From Methanobacteriota archaeon (GTDB taxonomy: Archaea > Thermoplasmatota > Poseidoniia > Poseidoniales > Thalassarchaeaceae): a stretch of 64,000 nt of DNA. Where the stretch lies: the NCBI GenBank assembly GCA_016845345.1, contig JAERSV010000080.1, positions 8,750-72,749 on the forward strand, written 5' to 3'. Of this stretch, positions 37,618 to 47,300 are shown one piece after another. The notes below the pieces were generated by a model, which made no database searches, was not told the origin of the DNA, and was given only the letters and a program-made list of their open reading frames with translations. The position numbers were made by a program, and so were the translations under genes. Position 1 is the stretch's first letter, and every line of letters starts with the position of its first letter.

Positions 37618-39961
37618 CCCCGTCCTCCTTGCGCAAAGCCGTTACGAAGAGGAATGTAAACAAGAAAATAATAAGCGGAGGAAGGAATGTGAATATCGAA
37701 GATGACGGGTTTTCTGACATCAATGAAATGTGAGCGTTGATGGTTCCGTATGAGTCACTGAAACCGTCGCTGTTGGAATCTGGACACCCTTGCAAATCAA
37801 TGGACGAGGTGCCTGCCTCTGTAGGGCAGTCATCTCTTAGACTTCCCATGGTGTTGTCACCGTATCCATCACCATCTTGGTCAGACCATTGTAGACGATT
37901 CTTCGGGAATGCATCTGCTTCTCCCTCTGGATTTGCTAACCATGTCTCATCAGGGTCTGAGTAACCATCTCGGTCAATATCAGGGCATCCTAAACGATCA
38001 ATCAGTGATACCCCAAGGCTCACTTCCTCAAAGGGGCAAGCATCGGATTGGTGGCCAAAACTATTGTCCCCAAATCCATCGCCATCCGAATCTGCCCATT
38101 GACTAGGGTCATACGGGAATCTGTCGCCCATGTCACTATACCCATCATTGTCAGAATCTGTGCAACCATGACGGTCTTCGCGGCTCGTCCCGGGTGTTTC
38201 CTTACACCGGTCCGGACTTGTTGCCCCTGCTGCCTGGTTATCACCAAAACCATCTCCATCAATGTCTTCCCATTGGGTCGGGTCATTGATGAACGCATCT
38301 GCCTCACCAAATGGATTTGCTAACCAACCAAGTTCTGGTTGAGCATCCGAAGAGCCATCGCCATCTGTATCAGGACAGCCCCACCGATCGCGATATGATT
38401 TACCAAAGGTTGCAACACAGGAATCAGATTGCCATGCACCTGGTTCTTGGTTATCTCCAAATCCATCGCCATCAACATCATGCCATTGCGTGATTTCTTC
38501 AGGGAACGCGTCGCCAAATCCAGATGGATGTGCTAACCAATTTCCGTCAGGGTTTGAATATCCATCACCATCTGAATCGGGACATCCAAATCGGTCCTGA
38601 TGAGAACTTCCAATCCTATTGACACAAGAATCCGGTTGAGAACCCGAAAGGTTGTCTCCGTATCCGTCCCCGTCTAAATCAGCCCACTGAGTTGGCTCAT
38701 TTGAAAAGTTATCAGCCTGCGTAGCACCATTTGCCGTGTTATCCCCATAACCATCCCCGTCTGTGTCGAGCCACTGGGTTGGATTGTCAGGGAAAGCATC
38801 AGGGTCTGTACCGAGCGGATTATCACCAAAACCATCCAAATCTCGGTCTGCCCACTGAGTTGGGTCATTGGGGAAAGCGTCGGCGCAGTGAGTTTCTTCG
38901 CTCTGGCAAAGCGCTGGGTCGTGCGTCCAGTTCACACTTGGATTTGACCAACCATCACCATCGCTATCTACACAACCAAATCGGTCTTCTGTAGAATTGC
39001 CCCATTTTGTAGGGCAAAAGTCAGGGCGAGTTGCGTTTTCAACAAATTCTCCAATCCCTGTTCCATCTCTCAATACTCCCCAACTCACGTCTGCCCAATT
39101 GTCACCAAAAGAATCTGAATCAGTATCATGCCATTGAGTATCATCTTGGAAAAATGCGTCAGCACCGTCTGAAACATACCAAGGCGAGTCCGACCAGAGC
39201 GATGTCGGGTCAGGGTCGGACCAACCATCGGCATCACTATCAGTGCACCCGTTTCGGTCTTGTGTTGAATGTCCGTAGAAGTCTGGGCAACCATCAGGAT
39301 TGTTTGCAGGTGCAGGATTGTCACCAAAATCATCACCATCTGAATCGTGCCATTGAGTGTCATCACTAGGGAAAGCATCGGCCCCTTGAGTTACAGTCCA
39401 CCCAGAACTAGGGTCACTATATCCATCCCCGTCAGAGTCTGGACAACCATCCCTATCAGATGTTGAATCGCCAGGCGTGGTATCACAATCATCGTTATTG
39501 TCGGTAAATCCGTCCTCATCGGTATCTCGGTATCCAGTCTGGAGTTGGGGAGTTACATCGTAATCGAATTGACTTGAAAACCATCCATCTGGCACTGCTT
39601 TAATACGGAAAAAATACCAGTCATGTGATGTTGCAGTGGCTGCAATATTTCTGGTTCCATCATTTGCGAAATTCGTTGATGTCAACTCATTTCCAGCGGA
39701 ATCGTAAATTCCCATTTGTCCATCATAACCATCAAAGGTTCCATGGCAACATGTGCTCACACTGAGGCTCACTGAATCGCCGGTCCAGGCTTCTATTTTC
39801 CACCAATCCGTAGTGTCACCATCTGCGTCTACAGCACCACTACTAGTAGAGCCGTCTGTTAGAAGAGCGGCAGTTGAGATTGAGTTGTCTGCAGAAACTG
39901 TAGGAATTGGGATGAGAGTAAGGGCAATGAAAATCGCAATTACACGTAGCCCGGCTCGCAT
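37601..39961 (-). CDS. Thrombospondin type-3 repeat surface protein with N-terminal PPC-like domain
   Basis: DTTDWWKI...V.LSV (PPC-like); many DAFP.DPTQW.DSDGDGYGDN / DRFGCPDSDGDGYSD repeats; C-terminal TM. Confidence 0.88.
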   Translation of the reverse strand: MRAGLRVIAIFIALTLIPIPTVSADNSISTAALLTDGSTSSGAVDADGDTTDWWKIEAWTGDSVSLSVSTCCHGTFDGYDGQMGIYDSAGNELTSTNFANDGTRNIAATATSHDWYFFRIKAVPDGWFSSQFDYDVTPQLQTGYRDTDEDGFTDNNDDCDTTPGDSTSDRDGCPDSDGDGYSDPSSGWTVTQGADAFPSDDTQWHDSDGDDFGDNPAPANNPDGCPDFYGHSTQDRNGCTDSDADGWSDPDPTSLWSDSPWYVSDGADAFFQDDTQWHDTDSDSFGDNWADVSWGVLRDGTGIGEFVENATRPDFCPTKWGNSTEDRFGCVDSDGDGWSNPSVNWTHDPALCQSEETHCADAFPNDPTQWADRDLDGFGDNPLGTDPDAFPDNPTQWLDTDGDGYGDNTANGATQADNFSNEPTQWADLDGDGYGDNLSGSQPDSCVNRIGSSHQDRFGCPDSDGDGYSNPDGNWLAHPSGFGDAFPEEITQWHDVDGDGFGDNQEPGAWQSDSCVATFGKSYRDRWGCPDTDGDGSSDAQPELGWLANPFGEADAFINDPTQWEDIDGDGFGDNQAAGATSPDRCKETPGTSREDRHGCTDSDNDGYSDMGDRFPYDPSQWADSDGDGFGDNSFGHQSDACPFEEVSLGVSLIDRLGCPDIDRDGYSDPDETWLANPEGEADAFPKNRLQWSDQDGDGYGDNTMGSLRDDCPTEAGTSSIDLQGCPDSNSDGFSDSYGTINAHISLMSENPSSSIFTFLPPLIIFLFTFLFVTALRKEDGGELLE

Positions 39962-40045
39962 TGGATGCCTTAGGCATCCCTCATGGTGATAACCACTTTG
40001 CAGGCATGATGAGAAGATTTTACGCCACTTGAGAAAGAGATTATC

Positions 40046-41317
40046 TCATTCTGCGTAAAAAATTGCATATTTTTCTGCATTTAGACGATATGTGTATTCA
40101 TCAGTCACCCTTTTTCGCCCATTCGCCACCAACTCGGGAATAATTTCTGGGTTTCCAAGAAGATTGTTGACTGTATTAGCGAGTGAATTTGGGTTCCCAA
40201 CCTCAAATAAACCGCCTACACTTTCATCTACCATTTCAGGTAAAGGACCATCGTTTACAGTAGCACAAGGAGTACCAGATGCCATAGATTCTAGTGGGAT
40301 TAATCCCTGACCCTCATAAAGTGAAGGGTAAATACTCAAATCAGCAGATCTGAACAACTGTGCCAAGTCAGAAAATGGCATCCCGGATTCTATTGTTACT
40401 GAATCTTGAATACCTAGATTTTTTGCCTGCTTCAATAGAGTTTTTCGCATATGCCCGCGTCCAACAATCACCAGATGCGCGCCACTATTTTTTGCCAAAA
40501 TTTCAGGCATGCCTCTGAGCAGGGTTCGAAATCCCTTTCGGCCTGCTAATCGCCCTACTGCTAACAATAGAGGAGTCTTCGTATCAGCAGCACCGCGGAG
40601 TGCTGCTTCGTCTGGTTGGCCATAACGACTGCGCATTTTTTCATGCGCTAATTGTGAATCTTCATCATCGTGATTTTGCGGACGGAACATGTCAATATCA
40701 ACGCCCCATCTTACAACTTCGACACGCCAATTTTGTGGTGGATTGTATCTCTCTTCAAAATCTCGCTTCGTTGCCTCAGAATTTGCCACGCACACCGTTG
40801 ACCCACGCACTGCTGCACGCTCGTATTTTGCATAATGTTTAGCCGACAAAAGTATCGCCAAATCGTTTGGATTCTTCCACGTTGCTGACTCACCATATTT
40901 TGCTGCACGCAGCATTCCATCCCTCTCACCAAGCCATGAACCATGCAAAGTTGTAGTCACATTACCTATTTCAGCCCGTACTTGAGCAAATTGTTTCTCG
41001 GTCCACGAAATCATTGGTGCATGCACATGTACCGCATCAACTGGTTCAACCTTGTGAAGTCGTAACAATTCTCTGAGCGCATGTCGGCCGTAAGAACGTG
41101 TGAACGCCATAGGTATTTTTGCCCATTTCACCATCACAACATTCACGCCATCTAATTTAGGAATCAAAGATGGATTCTTTATAGCCTGAGAATCGCGGCG
41201 CGTTATCACCGTCACCTTGTGGCCCATTTTTGCTAACGCACTTGAAAGATGAAAGACAGTTGAGCCCATCCCGCCCCAACGGGGCGGATACTCCCCAGAC
41301 AACATCGCCACGTGCAT
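40046..41317 (-). CDS. Glycosyltransferase family 4 (GT-B)
   Basis: SGEYPPRWGGMG, AVGRLAGRKG, PSLYEGQGLIPLESMASGTP. Confidence 0.9.
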   Translation of the reverse strand: MHVAMLSGEYPPRWGGMGSTVFHLSSALAKMGHKVTVITRRDSQAIKNPSLIPKLDGVNVVMVKWAKIPMAFTRSYGRHALRELLRLHKVEPVDAVHVHAPMISWTEKQFAQVRAEIGNVTTTLHGSWLGERDGMLRAAKYGESATWKNPNDLAILLSAKHYAKYERAAVRGSTVCVANSEATKRDFEERYNPPQNWRVEVVRWGVDIDMFRPQNHDDEDSQLAHEKMRSRYGQPDEAALRGAADTKTPLLLAVGRLAGRKGFRTLLRGMPEILAKNSGAHLVIVGRGHMRKTLLKQAKNLGIQDSVTIESGMPFSDLAQLFRSADLSIYPSLYEGQGLIPLESMASGTPCATVNDGPLPEMVDESVGGLFEVGNPNSLANTVNNLLGNPEIIPELVANGRKRVTDEYTYRLNAEKYAIFYAE

Positions 41318-41444
41318 TTTCTCACCTCCGTTGCCATTTCAGGCATAACGGCCACTTAGGCCATCGTTTTCAAGCGATTCCTTGACAGTTCATCCAATAG
41401 AGCCATTCAAGAGAGATGGGGCAGTCGGCGGTTTGGTGACAGAG

Positions 41445-42179
41445 ATGTCTGATACACTTCCGGTGCATGTGACTGTGGTTATACCAACCCGAAATGAAGA
41501 GGCTGCAATCGTTGATACGATTAGGTCTGTACCCTCTGATGGATGGTGTGAAAAACTTGATTTCTTAATTATTGATGGTAATTCCTCTGACAGAACAAGA
41601 GAATTGGCTAAGCAAGAAGGCGCACAAGTATATCTTGAGCCACGCAAGGGTTACGGTAGAGCATATCGAACAGGGTTTGCTATGGCGCCAGGGGAAATTA
41701 TCGTAACAATGGACGCTGACTGTACATATCCTGGTGAAGAAGTACCGGGATTAGTACGAAAACTGGTTGAAGAAGATTTGGAATTCATCACCTGTGACCG
41801 CCTAAAAAGAGCTGAGGAAGGCAGCATGTCAGGTATGCACGGTTTTGGTAATTGGGCTTTATCATTCACTGCTCGCATGTTGTTCTGGTATGGGATTCAT
41901 GATTCCCAATCCGGTATGTGGGTGTTTTACAAGCGCATCATGGATAACCCGAAAATGAGGCCGACCAACGATGGAATGCCACTTTCAGAAGAGATGAAAA
42001 TCAATGCGCGTCGCTGTTTTGGCAAGAAAAAGGCAATTGAGATTTCAGTGCCATATCGTCCAAGAGTTGGCGATGCTGAAATCAATACTTGGGCTGATGG
42101 TAGAAAGAATCTAATCTTCCTTTATCTCAAGCGATTTGGACTAAATCGAACCCGCTCTCCTTGGGGACCTGAAGAATAA
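41445..42179 (+). CDS. Glycosyltransferase family 2 (dolichol-phosphate sugar synthase-like)
   Basis: VVIPTRNEE, IDGNSSDRT, KGYGRA, TMDADCTY, DSQSGM; ATG at 41445 with GGTGA SD. Confidence 0.88.
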   Translation: MSDTLPVHVTVVIPTRNEEAAIVDTIRSVPSDGWCEKLDFLIIDGNSSDRTRELAKQEGAQVYLEPRKGYGRAYRTGFAMAPGEIIVTMDADCTYPGEEVPGLVRKLVEEDLEFITCDRLKRAEEGSMSGMHGFGNWALSFTARMLFWYGIHDSQSGMWVFYKRIMDNPKMRPTNDGMPLSEEMKINARRCFGKKKAIEISVPYRPRVGDAEINTWADGRKNLIFLYLKRFGLNRTRSPWGPEE

Positions 42180-42277
42180 GGCGTAAAGATTCGGTGTTGC
42201 TACCAACACCACCTGTTAGCGGAGTCACTCGTATGTTAATTTACTACACAGTAGTAATAAAATTCGGGTAGAGGACT

Positions 42278-43933
42278 TTGGCTGTAAGTAAATCCGATGT
42301 TGCGGTTCTTTTTGAAGAGCCGATAAGGATTGGTTCTGGAGGCGGATTTTGGGGTGATAGACCACTTGCACCTGTGGACCTCCTCAAAAGCGATGATTTG
42401 GATTATATGATTATTGATTACCTCGCTGAATTGACTCTCTCCATCATGACCAAACAGAAGCGTCGAGACCCCAGTTCTGGCTGGGCAACCGACCTAGAGT
42501 TATGGCTGGCAGCAGGCGGAATTGATGCTCTACGAAAAAAATCGGTGAAACTTGTAACTAACGCAGGTGGTGCAAATCCAGAATCCTGTGCAAGGATGGT
42601 TCTTGAACAAGCGTCAAAAATAGGTTGGCATGAATGTAAGGTTGCGGTGATATCAGGTGACGATATTCTTCCCCGACTTGATTATCTATTGGCTAATGGG
42701 GAAGACCTAACTCATTTTGAGACTGGCGAAAAATTATCTGATAATGGGGTCGAGATGATGTCTGCAAACGCCTATCTCGGCGCCGGCCCAATCGCATCAG
42801 CACTGGAAATCGGTGCTGATATCATTATCACCGGGCGGGTTGCTGATGCGAGTCTTTTAGTCGGTTGTATGTTACATTCAGCAGGATGGGCCTACAACGC
42901 CTTTCAACTCGGCTTGACTCGAGAATCACCTGTCGTAGATTGGGCACCACAGCATATCACAAATCCTCTTGATGTTCTAGCACAATGGACCATTGCCGGA
43001 CATTTGATAGAATGCGGCGCTCAGGTTTCTGGTGGAAATTATTCTAACTGGGGTGAAGTACCAAACCTTGCTACCCTAACTCTACCGATTGCTGAAATCT
43101 ATCTAAATAGTGATGTCAAAATAACTCGGGGAAAAGCCGGAGGTGGAATGGTGAATAGAAAGATTGTTGCTGAACAACTAATCTACGAAATCGGAGACCC
43201 AGAAGAATATATCACACCTGATGTAATAGTTGATATGAGAAACATCAGCATTGAAGATGAATCTGAGGATGTGGTGATTGTAAAAGGCGCTATTGGCAAA
43301 CCTGAACCTAAATCTCTGAAAGTCAGTGCCGCTGTAGAAGGAGGTTGGTTTGCATCATCCTCACTACTCGTCAGTGGGCCACATGCCATCGCAAGAGCAA
43401 ACGCTTGTGATCTCGCTCTGAGAGCCCGACTCTCTGCCTTAGAAGAATTAGAGATTCACACCGAATTCATTGGATCTGGTGTGACATTACCCAAAAACAT
43501 CCGGCAAGAATTATTCCCCCTACTGAACCCACCAGAAATCATGCTGCGATGGGCAGTAACAAGTCCTAATCGCAGAGATATCACTGATTTTACCCAAGAA
43601 GTTGCTCCCCTCGTACTGACTGGACCTGCTGGAGTAGGTGGGTATGGGGCTAGGCCTAAACCACGCCGCCAACTACAATTTTGGCCGACTCTAATCTCAA
43701 GAAAATCTGTCGAGTCATTGGTGAAAATTGAACTTCTCACCCATCTTCACATTTCAGCAGAAAGTGAACGATTCCATTTTATTCGCAGGCGAACAAGAGG
43801 TTTCATCTCCAGACTTCAAGATGAACTTGATGAGCGAGAGTGGACCCGTCCATTGGTGAAGAAACTGGGATGGGAACGAAATGACTCTATTACTGACCTG
43901 ACAATTCAAAAAGAAAAAGAGGTGGAAATTTGA
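42278..43933 (+). CDS. Acyclic terpene utilization AtuA family protein (DUF1446)
   Basis: IRIGSGGGFWGD, DYLAELT, VTNAGGANP, SANAYLGA.PI..AL..GADIIITGRVADA, AGHLIECGAQVSGG, EQLIYEIGDP..YITPDV. Confidence 0.88.
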   Translation: MAVSKSDVAVLFEEPIRIGSGGGFWGDRPLAPVDLLKSDDLDYMIIDYLAELTLSIMTKQKRRDPSSGWATDLELWLAAGGIDALRKKSVKLVTNAGGANPESCARMVLEQASKIGWHECKVAVISGDDILPRLDYLLANGEDLTHFETGEKLSDNGVEMMSANAYLGAGPIASALEIGADIIITGRVADASLLVGCMLHSAGWAYNAFQLGLTRESPVVDWAPQHITNPLDVLAQWTIAGHLIECGAQVSGGNYSNWGEVPNLATLTLPIAEIYLNSDVKITRGKAGGGMVNRKIVAEQLIYEIGDPEEYITPDVIVDMRNISIEDESEDVVIVKGAIGKPEPKSLKVSAAVEGGWFASSSLLVSGPHAIARANACDLALRARLSALEELEIHTEFIGSGVTLPKNIRQELFPLLNPPEIMLRWAVTSPNRRDITDFTQEVAPLVLTGPAGVGGYGARPKPRRQLQFWPTLISRKSVESLVKIELLTHLHISAESERFHFIRRRTRGFISRLQDELDEREWTRPLVKKLGWERNDSITDLTIQKEKEVEI

Positions 43934-44331
43934 GCGAAACTGTTTGGATTCCTCTTTCAAATTTGGCCCATGGGAGATCTGGTGACAAAGGAGACTCATT
44001 CAACATCGGGCTTATCGCCCACAAAAAAATGTGGCTAGAAATCCTCGAACTTTCTGTGACTCCAAAACTACTCGACCAGTGGTATGGTGACTCGGTGACT
44101 GGTTTAATTTCGGTGTGGCCAATGCCCGGGATTGGAGCAATTAATTGCCTTTTGCGAGGAGGGTTAGGCGGCGGTGCGACGACTTCCTTGAGGCTTGATG
44201 CACAAGGAAAAATATGGGGCCAATCCATTCTAAGGATGCGAGTTCCGGTAAACAAAAAACAGGCTGAAGAATTAGGTGTACCGCTAAATAATCAATCTGA
44301 AAATCAATGGGATATGTCTCACATTCTTTGA
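43930..44331 (+). CDS. AtuA C-terminal-like small protein
   Basis: LAHGRSGDKGDSFNIG...LGGGATTSLRLDAQGK; start overlaps the upstream stop. Confidence 0.85.
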   Translation: MSETVWIPLSNLAHGRSGDKGDSFNIGLIAHKKMWLEILELSVTPKLLDQWYGDSVTGLISVWPMPGIGAINCLLRGGLGGGATTSLRLDAQGKIWGQSILRMRVPVNKKQAEELGVPLNNQSENQWDMSHIL

Positions 44332-44351
44332 TTGGATTTAACAAAATAATC

Positions 44352-47300
44352 TCAATCAAGTTCAACCATCGATGGTATATCATCATCTGATTTTTGTTCC
44401 CCGTCTACTTCTTCTGTGAAGTCAAGAGGTTTTTCATCACCTACTGGGCCTATGGTATCAGAATCTTCATCAAATGGAGAATCTCCATCTTCATCACCAA
44501 AACCACCAACACCCCATGATTCAATCATTTGCAAATCAGCAGCAAGGCGGCGTTTACGGGAAAATGTGTAGATTACCCCACCACCAACAGCTAATCCAAG
44601 AAGACCAAGAATTATGGCAACTGTACTATCCATTATGACATCAAAGAATGACGATTGCTGTGAAGCACCTTCGACTCTGATAGTCGATGAAAGGCGATTC
44701 GAAAGATGTGGCTCTTCTTGTGGCCCATCGCGGCAGATTACCTCAATGTTCACCCAACCATCACGACCTGGTGTAACTCTCACTTGGCCAGTCCATGTGC
44801 TGTCACTAGCAACATCATCAGGGTTTGCACCATCATCGGAAAGTGAAAATTCGGTCTCGATTCCACCCTGAGATGCCCAACCCACACACTCCCAAGTTGT
44901 CATATCAGCATCAAGAACGAAAGCACGCGTAGTAATGATTGATTCAACACCAGCAGTCAACGTGCCCGGTTCTACCAGCAAATCATCCAAAACCGGCCAC
45001 GAATCTTCAACAGTAATATTGACAAACGCCCAAGTTGAAGAGCCTCGGCTATCTTTCACCTGAAGTGAAATCAACTGTGTTCCTGGAGCCAAAGTCTGAT
45101 TACCCATCTCCGTCTCATTCAACAATACAGCAGATGCACCTTGACCAAGGTACCAACGATAGAGAATTATATCTTCATCTGCATCCCATGATTCGTTAGC
45201 ATTTAGAAAAATGTTTGCACCGGGAGAAATTGTTTCCCCCTCTTGGGGCGAGGAAATAATAGCCATAGGTGGAGACGCTAGAACCTTCAAAGAACGCGTC
45301 TCATTTCTACTCATTCCAGTCTCGTCTGTAACAGTGTACGTAAGAGTGTGATCGCCTGAAGGAACATACCTTGAATACCAGAAATTTGGACTTACAGCAT
45401 CGAGTATGGGTTCAGAAAGCAAGTTAGAAGTTACGCTAAAAGTAAAGTTATCGCCATCCGGGTCCCATGATTGTTGAGGGTCAAAAAGTACCACTTCATT
45501 GCTTACAACCTCGATTCCATCATCAGGTGAACTCAGTACAAGAATCGGGGCACTCGTAGACACTTCGATTGTAATAGAATCGGTCACAGGGGTATTTACT
45601 CCATCCGAAACTGTGAGGGTGACTACATTCGTGCCACTAGGTAATCGAGCCTCTACCTGCCAATCACCACCAAATGGTTCACTCAGTAAACTGCTAGTCC
45701 ATTCAGGAGTTACCGTATCGGGCATAGACGGAGAGCCGGGGTTACACAACCAACCAGTTGACATTTCCGGGAATGCTTCTGCACAGGGTGCATCCCAATC
45801 GCCAGAACCATAGGCTGAGAAAAGGACAAGGTCGGCTGACTCAATACTATCGCTGGGGGATGGTGATTCAATGTGAGAAAGAGGAGGGGAATTTAGCACC
45901 TCGACCTCAACTTCAAATGGTGTTGACCACTGATTGATATGGTATGAATCATCATCTGAAAGTCGCAGACTGATGGTGTGTGTTCCTTGGCTGAGATACC
46001 CGGTCCAAATCAGAGGGGTGGTCATTGATGTATTCAAGTCACCATCAATATCAGAATTCCACCAAGCATCAATCTCATCACCTTCGGGGTCAAAGGATGC
46101 TGAGCCATCAAACGTAACGATTGATTGCGAGAAATTTGAGTCACGATTGACCGTGAAAGAGGGATGCGGATATTCATTCTGAACCTCCACTGAGATATTG
46201 TAGTACACAATTGGGTTGAGCCCGTCGGAGAAGGCCATCGTGTAGGTGAACTCTCTGCTTGGTGCGAATTCAAATGTCCTATTCCACTCAAGCGGATAAT
46301 TGGTTGTGACTCCAATACCAGCCTGCTCATATTCGGTCCATTCGCCTGTTTGAATCAAATCACCTTCTGCATCAGTTGTATCACTAGCGTTGACATGGAG
46401 ATTCTCTGTGTAGTTGAGGCGCAGTACCCCATCCCAGTCAAGAGGAGGTGTGGTCTGTACAATGACCGAAGGCGGCAGATTTACGAACTCGATTGTCCGC
46501 GTCTCACTTGCACAATTTCCTTGGTCATCACAGACTTGTAAAGTAATCTGGTGCTCACCATCTACGAGAGTACAACCCCCTTGACCTTGCCCCGCATTTG
46601 GACCGTTGACTAACATATCCCCCGGCACAACTCCGCCCATAAATGGATTGCAAAATACACTAGTATCACCATCAATATCACTAGTCCATTGGAATGTGAT
46701 TGGGTCGTTGTCCAAATCCCATGAGTTGCTGGCGTTGAACCAGATTTCCGCGCCTGAACTAGTCACTGTCCCATTCAATGGCTCATCCCAGAGAATAAGT
46801 GGTGGTTGATTGACAAGAGTGATTGTGCACAAGTGCATCATCAAATCCTGATTGAGTGCATCTGGTCCAGTTGTTCCTTGTGTGTTATCATACCAACATT
46901 CAGTAGAAAAGTCCGTCACTGCAGACGAACCTGTTAGTGTATGCCTTTGTCCTACAAAGGGACCTAGTAGTTGGTTCCCGCCGTAAGGAACTGTAATAGA
47001 GAAATCACTTTCAAATTGCGAAAATGACGCATTTACCATCGCATATGGTAAACCATGGCTAAATTGATTAACAACCCACAAATCAACAAACCACATTTCA
47101 TCAAAGGTCACACTTGGCGCCAATGAAGGAATCGTCACTTGGCTGGAAATTGACCGAACATAACTCTGGCCTGTAATCGAAAATGGTACGCTACCCTGAA
47201 CGTAATCTGTTAGATTTAGGTCACTGCCTGAAATCGCTACACTACCTGTACACCCTGAAACATCTAAGCCCCATGTGTTCAGTTTTGGTAGATTTGATAC

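Noticed and set aside
29600..39520. Recurrent ccatcaccatc / gtcattccactg-type DNA repeats
   Set aside because: They arise from thrombospondin type-3 protein repeats (DxDGDG, TQW) and diverge at synonymous positions; not a separate DNA element.
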